Source of the DNA: Lama guanicoe
Lineage: Eukaryota
Length of the DNA: 64,000 nt
Direction: 5' to 3'
NCBI GenBank assembly: GCA_013239625.1
Contig: MU053881.1
Coordinates: forward strand, 310,001 to 374,000
Position numbers and translations under genes: made by a program. This document shows, in pieces, positions 39,830-53,900 of the stretch. The stretch's first letter is position 1. Each line of letters opens with the position of its first letter. Below the pieces are notes generated by a model. That model saw nothing but the letters and a program-made list of their open reading frames with translations. It was not told the DNA's origin and did no database searches.

Positions 39830-42800
39830 ATAAGTGAATGTAGGTGGGAGTCGGGGTTTGGGTAACATCACGTTTCTTAGCTCACGAGTGCCCTCTTTGG
39901 CTGGTTTAGAGAAGTGCAGTCGCCTTACTTGGTGTCTTTAGGACTTGGGAGCGATTATGTATCTTCTGTGTTTACCACTCACTTTGCTTCTGTGGGTCCT
40001 TGAACTTCCTTCCTTGCTGCTTGCTCCTGTCCACTTACCACCAGGCCTCCAAGGACCTCCACTTCTGAGCCACGTCCCCGAAGCGGGGCCTTTCCAGGAC
40101 AGCCGCCTCTGGCCCCACGCACGTTGTCCCCTTTCAGTTGCCCAGTACGCGTGCCTCCACCCACCCGGTCTCTCTGCTGCTCTCAGAACTTTCCCCTGCG
40201 GGTGGGACTTCCTCCTTCTGCTGTTACTTCATCTAGGTCCTTGGCCCCAGCTCCCTGCTCCTCCCTTCCACCCGGTCTCTGCCCGACCCTCAGCACCAGC
40301 GGGCTCTGGAGCGGGCTCTGCGGGCTGGGTCTGCTTCACGTCAGTTTCGGGCGGGCAGCAGCCTGTCTCCTGGCCACGTTCTGGGCTGGATGTGGGTGGT
40401 TCAGTTGCTCTCCTGGATCATCTGAATGGAGAGGTTTGGATCCAGGTGCCTGCCGTTATCGATGGGGACCTGGAGCTGTGCCCAGACTTTTTACTTGGAA
40501 AGCTCCAGAAAGAATGGTGAATCCAGCTTCACCTGACTCCATCCGTTGGAAACAGCTTGCAGCCTGTGCTGTATCTCAGTGCTCATCACTTTTGAACCAT
40601 GGGGGAGTCAGTTACCGGAATCATACCCTCTCCCCAAATGCCTCGGCATCTCCTTGGAACAAGGATGTCCTCCTACAAAACCTCTACTCTGGTAACACAC
40701 TCAAGAAACTTAACGTTAACACCAAAATATTTCTCATAAACAGTCCCTGCTCAGCTGTCAGCAGTTGCCCAGCCATGTCCTTCGGGCCTTACTTTTACGT
40801 CCAAGGTCCAGTCAGTGATCAAACACTGCACTTGTTTGTTGTGTCTGCTACAGTCTTTTACTCCGCAGCAGATGATTTGTGTATTTTTTCCAAATTTTTT
40901 TGTTCATCTTTCCTAATGTTTTGAAGGCACCACAGGATTTTTTCCCCATAGTCTGGACTTGTTGGACTCTTTCCTTAAACTTGATTTAGCTTAAGGGTTT
41001 GAGGTTGAAATTGCTTTAAAATTACAGACTGTGACGCGTCTCTAGGAAGAGGAGTCACCCCCGCCTTCCACCTGCACGTCCTGTGCCCTCCTGGAGGCCA
41101 GGGCGTCTTCCAGGAGCGTGCGGGGAGGGCTGCTGGGAGGAGAGGCTGGGCCCCGGGGGCTGAAGGCTTTTCCCGGGTGTCCCGTGGAAGCGCTGGGCTC
41201 TGGCCTCAATTTCCCTTACGTCCCTTCAGGCATCTTTCCCGATCTCCCTCCTGGCACTGTGCCCTCTCGGGGGGCTGCCTCCTACTCCCTTGCCTTCGGG
41301 CCTGGCCCTGTGTGTCCGGCTCTACTTCAAGGGGGTTCTCTTTATGCAGGCCCCCTGAACATTCTGCAGGGAACCAGGGACAGCAGAAGGCTGGGTCCCA
41401 GAGGCCAGGGTCTGAGCCCACCGCTTCCTCACCTCATGCCTGCTCTTACGCTGGGTTTCAAACACCAAATGGGGCCCGTAATGCTGGTGTCTGGTGGAGA
41501 GCAGGCGCCTGCTGTGTGCTCGTTCCGTTTTCTTCCTGGGGACCCAGCATGCCTCCCTCCCTCACTTCTGGTAGTGACGGTGTGAGGGGGCCTGACCCCA
41601 CTCTGCCCCACGGAGCTCCCTGCAGAAGGGAGCCCTCTTGTGCGAGTCATGTCGTCTCTGTGATTTCCTTAAGGTGTTACTCCCCGGGCACCGCCACCAA
41701 GGGCTCCCTGAACTGTCAGACCACACAACCTCAGCCGGGAAGAGTGTACGGACTAGGCTGTGACAGGGCCGTGAACGTGGGCGGGGGCACCTCAGTTTTA
41801 TTATTTTTGAATAAAACTAACATAGACTTCGGTGTTGTCAGTCAGAGGCCTTTCCTCCCCGCGCCAGGGATCATTCTAATGGGTGAACTCCTGCTTTACA
41901 CGCAGGGGTCTCGCCAAGGCTGAAAGGACACAGCCTCGGAATGAGCTAAATTCTGCCCCTGCAGAGTTCATTTGGTCAGTAAATTGTTCACTTTTCTGGT
42001 TTTTAAATCTGGACAACTTTCAAAAGCGCATGAGTCTGGCTAAATAATTATAATAAAATGACCACTTCTCTCTCTTTGATGGTTGAAGCACCTGCTCATT
42101 GCCAGCAACTGTGCACCTGTGGCTTCAGGTAATTCTCACAGCAGCTTCCATCTGCTTTACAGGTGAGGAGACAGAGGCTCAGGGACACAAGGCGACTTTG
42201 CGGGGTAATCCAGCCAACGCAGGCCCTGGCTCTCAGTCCATGCAGTTTGTGATCTGCGATGTTTATCTACAGTCTGGGCTATTCTCGAGCAGTGTGGCCT
42301 GCCCTCTCCTGGGCCTTTATGAGTGGGACCTCCACTCTCTGCTTGACCATCTGTCTGTCCGTCCATCGGACCACCCAGGCTCTGGAGCCTTGGTCAGGAG
42401 CTGCAATCTACTTGTGACATATTTCTGTGAAATGGTTGAACCCTCCAGTCTCCTCACGTTTCCTGGCAGTCCCTACCAGTCCGTGGGGAGGGGCTTCCCC
42501 AGCTCCGGGGTTCTGACGGCCAGCTATTCTGAGAAGCCCCTTCAGAATAAAACATTGCACACTTGGTGGTTGCGTGAACGTGTGCAAGGCAGGTTGTGGA
42601 AAGCGTTAAGGAGGCTGAGATGACAGTGTCTATGACAGCTGCTCCCCGGATGTGAATTGCAGGTCCCCAGTGGCCTGCAGTTTGAAAACAGATGTTTCTG
42701 CATAAACGCAGCCAAATTGTATTAGCACTTTGGATGATGAAAAGGACTTTAAGTGTCTGCATGTTGCCGTTCTGAAATGTTTGCCAGAGAAAACGTACTT

Positions 42801-43659
42801 ACGTTTTGCAAACGGCAAGTGTGAGAAGAAGAATAAATTAGGTGATTGCACAGTCACCAATTTCACGAGCAGAGTCGTCGACAGGTGCACGCTACGTCTA
42901 TGAAGTGTGGTCAGTGGTGTTGCCACTCAGCGTCATGAGGGAGCCCCGCAGTCCTTCCTGTGCCGTTTTCATCCCCTGCTCAGACAGGGAGGGCGGCACA
43001 AGGCCACATGGCGCCCAGGCCCCTTGGGGCTTTCAGGGAGAAAGTCACAGACTTTTCTTTTTTTAACCTTTTCTCATGGAAATTTTCCAGAACTTAAGCG
43101 TGTAAAGTATAGGATAAACACAAACCACCATGTACTCATCTCGCAGGTCCCACACTATTAACTCACCGTCCTTCTTCCTTTATCTGAACTCCCACACCTT
43201 TAGGTGGTTAAAGCAAATCCGAGACACCCTGTCATGTCCCCTGTCATGACTATGATATGCATCTAGAGGCTGATGAGAATTTTACTTATAAGCACCATGC
43301 CAGTGGCACACTTAACGAAATTAATAATAATTTCCTTATCTTATCTGAGAATTTGATGCCCCAGTTACTTCAGAAATGTGTTTTTACAGTTGATTGGTTC
43401 AAATCAGGGTCCTAGCTAGTTTCTCACATGGCATTTGGTTTTTATAACTCTTATGTCGTTTTTATTCTGTAAATAGTCCTTTTCCCCCTGCGTTTATTTT
43501 TTTAGGGATTTTTTCGGGGGGGGGCTTCATTGCATTGAGTTCTTAGAGAAACGGGGACGTCTATCCTGTAGAATGCCCCATGTTCTGGATTTGGCTGTTT
43601 GTCTCCTTCTGGTGTCAGTGCTCTTGGCTGTCTGTCCCCCGTACTTCCCTAGCCAAGTC

Positions 43660-43905
43660 GTGTAATCCGCGCAGTAGGAACATCATGGGGTAAACGAGTG
43701 AGTACTTTGAAATTTTCTTGTGGCCACATAAAAAAGGTGAAATTAAGGTCAATAATATACTTTATGTAACCAAACCTATCCCAAATGTTAGCATTCCCAT
43801 GTGTAACCCACGTACAACTTACCAGTGATGTTTTCCGTCGCTAGTTCATACTGTCTTCAGATTCGGGTGTGCATTTGTGCTTACAGCACATCTCAGTTGG
43901 AATAT
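43660..43905 (+). mobile_element. MER33-like hAT-Charlie fragment
   Basis: 'aaattttcttgtggccacataaaaaaggtgaaattaa...ttacagcacatctcagttgg'. Confidence 0.6.
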
Positions 43906-44235
43906 TAAGTTTCATCATAAATAACTAATCTGTATTTCAGTTTCATAAAAATTAGAGTTGAAAAGTTGAAAAATGTTTTCCAATAACTGTCAAATATCAG
44001 GTTTTAGAAACATCTTTTTTTAAACATCTGTATAATTGACATACAGTAAACAGTCATGATACATGTAAATATATGTAAACACTCATGAAACCATCACCAC
44101 AAAGTAATAAACGTCTCTACCTAGTTACCTTCACTAGGCATAATGAAAGTGTATCCATGTCGTGTGTATCAACAGTTTCTCCCCTTTCATTGATGCACAG
44201 GGTTCCCATTGGTTGGATGTGCCACAGTTTGTTTA

Positions 44236-44848
44236 TGTGGTCAGCAGCATTCTAAGATGGGCCCTAGGATTCCCACTCTTTTGTTACATATGCTGGATCA
44301 TCCCTTCCCATTGAGTGTAGAAGGGACCTCTGAACGTGATGAGATTTGAGGTTATTAGGTTACATTATATGGCAGAAGGAATTTTGCAGGTGTAATTAAG
44401 GTCCCTGGTCAGTTGATACTGAGTTAATGAAAAGGGAGATTATTCTGGGTGGGCCTGGCCTAATCAGGTGAGTGGACCCTGAAGGAAGGACTGGATCCTT
44501 CCTGAAGTCAGACAAATTTAAAGCCTGAGAGTGACTCTCCTCTTGCCCATAAGGATGCAGACAACCATGCTGCACAGAAGGTGGGTGGCCTCTTAGAGCT
44601 GAGGGCCTCAGTCCTGCAACTGCAAGGAACTGAATTCTACCAACAAGCAGTGAGGTTGGAAGAGGAATCTGAGGCCCAGATGAGATGGCAGCCCCTACTG
44701 ACACCCTGATTTCAGCCTGGTGAATCTCTGAGCAGAGGGCCCAACCAAAATCATGACCCAAAGAAACCAGGAGGTAATATATTTAAGTTTTGGGTAATTG
44801 TATTCTAAGTTTATGGTATTTGTTACGCAGCAATAAAAATCAAATACA
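44236..44848 (+). mobile_element. MLT1D/E-like solo LTR inserted in an L1
   Basis: TG...CA ends: 'tgtggtcagcagcattctaagatgg...gggagattattctgggtgggcctggcctaatc...tttgttacgcagcaataaaaatcaaataca'. Confidence 0.8.
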
Positions 44849-47800
44849 TGTATCTGTTGCACCTGCTGATGGACATTTAGGCTGTTTATGATTTGGGACT
44901 TTTATAAAGCAAGCTCCTGTGAAAATTTACAAGCACACCTTTGTGTGACTATATCCTTTCATTTTTCTTGGATAAATACACAGGAATGGGATGGCTAGGT
45001 GATATGGGAAGTTTCTGTTTAACTTTTTAAGAAACGCCACATTCTTTTCCATTGTGGTTGAACCCCTTAGCAATGTATGGAAGTTCCAGTTGATCTGCTT
45101 CCTCGCTACGTTTGGTATTGTCAGTCTGTTTTATTTTAGCTGTTTTAATAGGATCTCATTGTGGTTTCAGTTTTCATCTCCCTAATGGCTGGTTACTTGG
45201 ACATCTTTTCTTATGCCTGTTTGCCATCTGTGTATCGTCTCTGAGGAAATATCTGTTCAAATATTTTGCACATCGAAAATCAGGCTTGTTTTCTTATTGC
45301 CTTTTGAGATCTCCATACATATATCCTGGTTACAAGTTCTTTATCAGTAAATGACTTATAAATTTTCCCTTCCTTATGTGGCTGCCATTTATTCTTTTCA
45401 CAGTATCTTTTGAAGAGCAGAAATTTTTAATTTTGGTGAAGTCTCCTTTATCAGTTTTTTCTTTTCATTTATGTTTTGGTGTTTAAGGAATTTTTATCTA
45501 ACCCAAGGTTACAAGATTTTTCTTCCATGTTTTCCTCTAGAAACTTTATAGGTATAGGTCTTAATCTGTGATCCATTTTGAGTTAATTTTTGTCTATGGT
45601 GGGAAGAATGGATCAATATCAATTTTTTTTGCATCAGATAACCAATTGTTTCTACACTATTTGTTGAAATGACCATCTTTCTCAACTGAATTGCATTTGC
45701 ATTTTCTTAAAAAATCAATTGACCATAAACTGTGGCTCTATTTCTGGACTCTCTATTGTATTTCTTTGATCGCTTGGTCTGTCTTGATTTCAGCACCCCA
45801 CTCTCTCATGATCTTCTGCACATCTTTTCTCAAATTTAGCCTTCAGTGGTTTTTTTCAATCTATTGTAAGTCATATTTAAAAATTTTAATTTCTAATATC
45901 TTGTTGCTTGTAAATAGAAATACAATTGATATTTGTATGTCAATCTTGTATACAGCATCCTTGCCAAACTCATGTATCGGTTACAGTGCTCTTATTACAG
46001 ATTCCAAAGGAATTTCAGCATAGGTGATCACATCATTTGCAAATATAGACCGTCTTATTTCTTCCTTTTCAATCTGGTTGCCTTTCATTTCTTTATCTTA
46101 CCTCATTACACCAGTGAAACCTCCAGTACAATGTTGAATAGAAGTAATGAGAGTGGACCTCCTTGCCTTCTCCTGATCTTAGGGGGAACGCATTCAATTT
46201 TCCACCATTAGGTATGATATGAGCTGTAGGTTTCTCATAAATGCCCTTTATCAAGTTGGGGAACTTCCTTCCTATTCCTGGATGGCTGGGAGTTTTTTTT
46301 ATCAGGAATTGATTTTGGATTTTGTCAAATGCTTTTTGGCATCCTTGAGTTGATTATATGGTTTTTCTTTTTCAGTCTGTTAATATGGTAAATTACAAAG
46401 GTCGTGTAACCACAGTCTCTGTGTAGTTTCCAAACACTTTTATCACTGCAAAATAAACGCCCACACCCATTAAGCAGCTGCTCCCCATTCTGCCCTCCCC
46501 TCAGCCCCTGGCAACACTAATCTGTGTCCAGCCCTATGGGTGTACCTATTCTGGATATTTCATAGAAATGGAATCATACAGTATGTGACCTTTTGTGTCT
46601 TGCTTCTTTCACTTAACATTTTTGGGGTTCATCCACATTGTGGCATGTATCAGTCCTTCATTACTTTTTGTGGCTGACTAATATTCCATTGTATGTACAT
46701 ACCACAATTGTTTATCCATTCATCTGTTGATGGATTTTTAGATGGTTTCCACCTTTTTGGCTATTGTGAATAGTTCTTCTGTGATCATTCATGTACAAGT
46801 ATTTGGTTAACTTTTTGAGAAAGCACCAAACTGTTTTCCATAGCAGCTGACTATTTTACATCCCCACTAGCAGTGAAGAAGGGTTCCAGCTTCTTCACAT
46901 CCTCGCCAACACTTACTACTTTCCATTTTGTTGATTATGGACATCCTCGTGGATGTGAAGTGGTATCTCATCGTGGTTTTGATTTGTATTTCCCTAATGA
47001 CTAATGATGTTTGGCATTTTTTCATGTGCTTGTTGGCCGTTTGTATACTGTCCTTGGGGAAATGTCTATTCAAGCCTTTTGCCTGTTGGTTTTTTTTTTA
47101 ATTGTGTTGTTTGTCTTTTTGTTGTTGGATTGTAGGAGTTCTTTACATATTCAAGGATACTAGACCCATATCAGATATATGGTTTGCAAATCTTTTCTAC
47201 CATTCTTTAATTTGTCTTTTTCATAGTCTCTATAATGCCCTTTGATGCACACAAGTTTTTAATTTTGGTGAACTCCAATTTATCCGTTTTTCCTTGTTAC
47301 TTACACTTTTGATGTCATATCTACAAATCTATTGCCTAATCCAATGTCATGGAGCTTTCCCTCTATATTTTCTTCTACGAGTTTTATAATTTTAACTCAT
47401 ATATAGGTCTCTAATCCAATTTGAGTTAATTTTTGTATATCTTGTGAGGTATGGTCCAACTTCATTCTTCTGCATATGGATATCCACTCGTCCCAGCACC
47501 ATTTGTTGAAGAGACTTTTTCCCCATTGAATGATTTCGGCACTCTTTTCAAAACTCAGCTAGCCGTCGATGTATGGGCTTATTTCTGACTCTTGATGCTA
47601 TTTCGTTGATCTGTGTACTGTACTGCACTGTTTTGATTACTGTAGCTTTATAGTAAGTCTTAAAAACAGGAATTTTGAGTACTCCAACTCTGTTCTCACA
47701 ATATCTGATGAATTTTAGGATGGGTTTTGGATCTCTGCAAAAAAGTGGTCATTGGAATCTTGGTAGGGATTACACCGACTCTATAAATCACTTTGAGCAG

Positions 47801-49840
47801 TATGGCTGCTTTTACAACAGTACATCTTTCTTTTTATTTAGGTTTTCTTTCATTTTCAACATTATTTTATAGTTTTCAATATACAAGTCTTTCACCTTCT
47901 TGATTAAATTTATTCTCAGGTATTTTCCTCTTTTGGATGCTATAATAAGTATTGTTTTCTTAATTTACTTTTCAGATTGCTAATTGCTGCTATATAGAAA
48001 CACAACTGATTTTTGTGTCTTAAACTTGTATTTTTGCAACGTTACTGAATTTGTTTATTAGCTCTAGTAGTTTTTTTGGGTTGTTTGGGACTTTGCGCAT
48101 GTGGGATCATGTCATTTCTGAATAAAGATAGTTCTGCTATTTCCTTTTTTATTTTTTTAAGTGAAGGCACTGGGGGTTGAACCCAGGACCCCGTGCATGC
48201 TAGGCGCACACTCTACCACTGAGCTGTACCTTCCCCCCATTTCCTTTTAATTTAGTGCCTCTGGCTTTTATTTCTTTTTCTTGTCTCATTGCTCTCGTTA
48301 GAATTTCCAATACAATATTGAGTAGCAGTGGTGAAAGCAAGACATCCTTTTCTTATTCCTGATGGGAAGGGCTTTGGCTTCATTTTCTTTGCTAGATATT
48401 GGGCTATTCATGTTGCCTATTGTTTTGTGATTTTTCATTTTGTATCTTTTGAGAAACTTTCCCATGTTATCTAAATTGTCAGTTGGTTGGTGTAAAGTTG
48501 TCCATTATCCTTTTGATACCTTTAGAACTTGCATTAATGTCACCCCTCTCATTGGTGACACTGGTTAGTTCTATGGTGTCTCTTTTTTCCTGACTAGTGT
48601 GACTAGAAGTTTATTGAATTTCTTTTTATCTTCTCAGAGAACACTTTTTTGTTTCATTGTGTTTCTCTATCATCTTTCTGCTGTGTACCTTGTTGATTTA
48701 TGCTCTGTATCTGATCATTTCTTCTGCTTACTTTGGGTTTCATTTTCTCTTTTTATTCTAGTTTCTTAAATTAGAAGCTGAGGTCATCAACATGAGTATA
48801 TGGTTTGAGGTCTACTTTTTTCTAATATAGGCATTTACTGCTATAAAGTTTCCTCTAAGTGTTACTTTAGCTGCATCCCACGTATTTTGATATGTTGTAT
48901 TTTTTAATTTGATATGCTGTGTTTTTTATTCTGATCATAATATGTTTTTATTTCCTTTATAATTTGTTTCATCCATGAGTTATTTAGAAGTGTATTGTTT
49001 AGTTCCCAAGTATTTGAGGGGGTTCCAGATATCTTTGTTAATTATATCTAATTTAATTCCTTTGTGGTCAAAGAACATACTTTCTGTGACTTGAGTCCTT
49101 TTAAATTTACTATGACTTGTTTTATGGCCTAGAATATGGTCTATCTTGTTGAATGTACATTTGAAATGAATGTGTATTCTGCTGTTATTGTGTGAAGGGT
49201 TTTATCAACATCAGTCAGTTTAAGTTACTTGGTGATGTTTAAGGGTTCCTGATTTTCTGTCTCCTTTTTCTGCCCATTACTGAGTAGGAGGTATTACAAT
49301 CTCAGCTACAGTTGTGGGTTTGCTTCTTCTCACAGTTCTATCTGTTCTTGCTTCCTGTATTTTGATACTCTGTTATTAGATGAGGACATGTTTAGGATGG
49401 TTTTGTCCTCTTGATAAATTGACCCCTTTGTCACTATGAAGTGGCCCTCTTTATCTACTCTGTCTGAGAATAATGTAGACATGCCAACTTTCTTTCCTTT
49501 TCTCATCTTTTTACTATTCCTCTGTTTGTGTCTTTATATTTAAAGAGAAGGTTCTGTGTGGTTCTAACTTTCTTATCCAGTTTGAAAATCTCTGCCTTTT
49601 TATTGGATTGTTTAGACCACTTATACTTAAGGTGGTTATTGATATTGTTGGATTTAAATCTACTGTCTTGCTCTTTATTTTTTATTTGTTTTATATGTTC
49701 TTTGATCCTTTTGCCTTCTTTTTTGACTTCTGTCAGGTTAATTGTATATTTTTAATGATCCTATTTTATCCCCTTTGTTGATTTATTAGCTTTATCCCCG
49801 TGTTATATTTTAGGGCTTGATTTAGGTGTCATAATATACA
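44849..49840 (-). mobile_element. Nested antisense L1 block (a younger L1 piece at ~46400-48370 interrupts an older L1)
   Basis: Minus ORF 46867-47073 [40 protein letters not shown]...KCWRGC is L1 ORF2 C-terminal; ORF2 antisense motifs occur twice in succession. Confidence 0.8.
48149..48238 (-). mobile_element. Vic-1-like SINE inside L1
   Basis: Reverse complement of SINE head ('ctctaccactgagctgtaccttcccccc'); TSD ATTTCCTTTT at 48139-48148 and 48239-48248. Confidence 0.9.
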
Positions 49841-49841
49841 C

Positions 49842-50385
49842 TGTAGTATTTTTGTTGTTGCTGCCTAAAATATTAAAACAATCTTGGTAGCATAAAATAA
49901 TATGCACTTATTTTAGAGTCTCCATGGGTCAGGTGTTAGGGACAGCTTAGCTGGATTCTCTCCTGAGTCTCACAAGTCTGGGGTTGGCATCTCATCTGAG
50001 GCTTAGGCTCCCCTTCCAGGCTCATGTAGATGGGGGCAGAATTCATTTCCTTGCAGCTGTAGAACTCACAGCGGCTTACTTTTTCAGGGACATCAGGAGA
50101 GCTTCTGATGTGAGTGTCTGACCTCTAGACCTTCTTTTAAAGAGCTCGCCTGATTAGGTCAGGCTCTCCCAGGATAATCTTGCTTAGCTCAAAGCCAACT
50201 GATTAAGGTCCTTAATTAAATTTGTAAAACTCCCTTCCCCTTTGCCATATAACATAACCTAATCACAGGAGTGCCACTCATCATATTCGTGGGTCTCACT
50301 CACACTCCAGGAGAGGGGATTGTACAAGCATGTACACCAGGAGGTAAGAACTTGGGGGGCAATCTTAGAATTCTTCCCCCCCACA
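49842..50385 (-). mobile_element. MLT1-family LTR
   Basis: 'ggcagaattcatttccttgcagctgtag...ctgattaggtcaggctctcccaggataatc...ccctttgccatataacataacctaatcacaggag'. Confidence 0.75.
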
Positions 50386-50486
50386 TCTTTAACTTAGCAC
50401 AGTCTACCTTCAAGTGATGCTATGCTGCTACGCATGTAGGGCCTCACAGCAGGGTGCTTCCGCTCTCCTTTCTCAGCCTTTGTGCT

Positions 50487-50923
50487 TGTATTTGTTTCTG
50501 AGGGCTGTGTAACAAAGGACCACGGGCTGGGTTGGCTTAAAAACAGAAATTTATTCACTCGTAGGGTAGAAGTCCAAAATCAAGGTATCAATAGGGCCAC
50601 GCTTTCTCAGAAACCAATAGGAGAATCCTTCCTTGCCTCCTGCTAGTTTCTGGTCATTTGTCAGAAATCTTTGACAGTCTTTGGTTCCGATCTTAACCTT
50701 CATTGTCACATGATGTCCTCCCAGTGTGTCTGTGTCTTCAAAAATGGCCGTCTTCGTATAAGGACACCAGTCATATTAGATTAGGGGCCCATTCTGTTCT
50801 ACAATGACCTCATCTTAGCTAATTTGATCTGCCAGTGACCCTATTTCCAAATAATGTTATATTTGGAGACACTAGGGGTTGGAAGTTCTTATCTTTTTGG
50901 TAGGAAACTATTCAAGCCATCAC
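50487..50923 (-). mobile_element. MLT1B/C-like LTR
   Basis: 'tgtaacaaaggaccac...gaagtccaaaatcaaggtatc...tataaggacaccagtcatattagattagggg...ccctatttccaaataa...ttcaagccatcaca'. Confidence 0.8.
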
Positions 50924-53900
50924 AGTGCCGCTGTCATGCATTTTATTTCCACAGATTTATACACCCCACACCACACTATTTTTGCTTTAAACAATTACTA
51001 TTGCTATTTAAATGGAAAGAAAGAAAGTCTTTCTGTTTACCCATGTAGTTACCGTGTTCTTGCTTCTTTTGTGTAGATCCGGGGTGGGGCTGAGGCTGAG
51101 CAGGCCTCCCAACCCCCGCGATGGGGGGGTGGGCAGGGCAGCCCCACGCCGGGCGTACCGCCCGCCACGGCGCACGGGCAGGGCACTGGGGCCCCTCCTC
51201 GCCTTCTCTCTCCTGCGTTCAGTGCGCAGACCCCTCTGGAAGCTGCACGTCCCAGGCATTGTCTTACCAGTGATGGTTTCCTACGTGGTGCTCCCTCTTC
51301 ATTTTTCTTTCCAGTTGGAACTGAAGGTCAGTGAGTGGAAAGGAGCCCAGGCTGGACTTTGGCGGAGCTGGAAATGTGCTGTTTCTACACCTGGGTGCCA
51401 GTCGTACAGGTGTGTTCACTTTGGGAGGACTTACCAGCTGCACACTTGAAATGTGTGATTTCCGGGTGTATGCCACACCTCACTACAGAGTTAAAACACA
51501 AACCAGCAACAATAGCTAAGGCTGGAAGGGAAGCTGACCCCCCTCCCCAGGGGCCCTGCGTGTAGGAGTGGACTTGGCCGGCCCTTGGGCAGAAGCCGGG
51601 TTCTAGGCTGCCTCCTGGTGGCCAGCCTGGGGTGGGGGCTTAGCTCTTTGGCGTGCGTGCCAGTCTGAGCCGCCGAGTGGCAGTTTGTCTTCTGACTGTT
51701 TGGGTCTTGGAACTCAAAGAGCAGCGGTGGGAGTGCTGGTTTTAGAAGAGGCAACCTTGCAAGTCTTAGTGTCTGAAGGCAGCAGCCAGGCCCAAGAAGT
51801 GTCCCAAGAATTGTCTGGTGCACACCCCCCAGGGGACATGCCTACCCGTGAATGCATCCCGAAGCCTGGGGATGGAGTGCACTGAGGGGCCGGGCCAGAA
51901 CTGCATGTCCATCCCCAAAGTAACCTAGGCCAAGGCAGTTCCTGCCCCAGGTGGCCTCTCGGGCCATGTGCCCTCACACCGCAGGCGAGAGATGGCGTAT
52001 GGAATGGGTGCTGTTGGCAGAAGGAGGGACAGACGCTGGGCAGGCAGAGCCGCGGAGGCCCGCGAGCTGGGGCAGCCGCAGCAGGGCCAGGTCTGGGTGT
52101 GGGCCCGGGAGGCCAGCCCTGGCCTCCCTCTCTCTCACCGCGCCCGGCTCCCCGGTCCACGTGCCGCTGCAGCCTGGCCGGGCGGACCGTGCAGGCGCTC
52201 CTCTGAGGGCCTGTGCGGGGGCTGCTGGAACTGAGAGGAGGCTCAAACTGGAGCCGGTTAACAGCCTGCTTCCTTGGAGACACTGCTGGATGGGCAGAGC
52301 ACCTGCACTCACTGAGCTCAGCTTGAAATAGGCTACTGAGGCCCCAGACCCACCGGGTGGGAGGCAGGCCTAGAGGCGGAGAGGGTCAGGCCGCTGAGCC
52401 TGGGGTCTGATGCGCAGACGACCCCAGAGACATCCTCCCCCACGAGTGGGTATTTCTGGAAGTAGCTGCAGTCACTCCGTGGCCCTTAGGCCAAGCTCAC
52501 TGCCCCTCACCCAGCCACTCCTTCTCCCTCTGAGGGTCTCGCCCCACATCCTGGTCCCCCACATGCTGGCAAAGTCGCCATCCCTGGAAGCCCCTCTTGT
52601 CTGTAGCCCCCTCCTCCAGGAGGCCAGGCTGATGGTCTAGGGCTGGAGGAGACGCAGGCCGGGGGCCCTACCAGCTGCCATTGCTGGAGCAGCGATGCTC
52701 AGAGTGTCTGTGTGGCTGGATCTCTATTGAGGACAAGTATTAGTCCCAGAAAGCCAGGCCCCTGTCACCTGAGCAGCAGGGCCCGTCGGCACAAGCCGTA
52801 ATTCCTCCCCACGCATCCCGGCAGGGCCCGGAGGGTGATAGGTGGCGCCTGGGCTGGCCTGACAGCCCGTACAGAGCCTGGATGTCATTGTCCTGATGAC
52901 AGGATTGACAGCTGCTCAAGCCAGGTCTTTGCACGATTAAGCAGGCAGTCAGCGTGGCCAACCATTCGGTGCCCCTCGGCCCTCCGTGGACTGGAGCCCG
53001 CAGGGAGGGGGTGCCGAGGGTAGGGGGTGCCCTCTGTGGCCTCCACCTCGTGGGCCCCCTGCTGCTGGAGGATGTGACCAGCCAGGGCTCAGAGACAGAG
53101 GTCCCTGCAGGTCTCAGGCATGTTGAAGAGGCAGGTTGGTTCACTTAAGGGACCCCAGGGCTGGAGGCCCTAGTTTACCTCACCTGACAGCCTTTGTCCT
53201 CAGGGGCCAGCAACACTGTGTCTTCAGGCTGGGCTGAGGGCTGAATTCAACAGAGCTTGCTCGCCGTTCAGTCACTGTTATGTGTTGACATGTTTATTTC
53301 AAGGCATTTTAGAAAGCACGTGGCCAGCACATGAGACCCATGAGTTCATAGATATTATTGGTAAGGATGATTAATTTTAAAATGTGAATTCATATGAAGA
53401 ACGTAATTAAGTGACTAGCTGTGCAGAGAGTGGTCGGGCCTGGAAACATCATGGACGTGACCTTAGAGCGTGTTGTTCAGTGAACGCTGAAAGGAAGGGT
53501 TTTGTGTCCTGAAGGTCCTGAGCCAGAGACAGGCTCTTAGGGGACTCAAGGGGCTGCCTGGGGCAGGTGTGCCCGACAGAGCCCCAACCATGTCATCCTG
53601 CCAGCCCCTGGCCTATATAGGTGTCCCCAGCCCTGTGAAGACCTCTCCCAGTGGGTATCCTCACTCCTCCAGCCCCCCTTGGGGAGTCCACGTGCTGACC
53701 TGTGTGGCCCAGGCCCAGAGTGGAGGAGGTGGGCGAGCTGGGCGCTGGGTCACACCACAGGTCATGGCGTGGCTCCCCCAGCTCCCTGCACTGCAGGGGC
53801 GAGTCACTCAACCACGGTCGCCTCATTGAAATGAGGAGGCTGAGAACAGCGGCATGGACAGGGCAGGGGTTGAGTGAGGAGTCCACGCGGGGGCAGGGCG

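Noticed and set aside
39945..41923. ORFs of 155-266 aa
   Set aside because: Overlapping multi-frame, Pro/Leu/Gly-rich, no recognisable domain or exon structure; typical of GC-rich non-coding DNA
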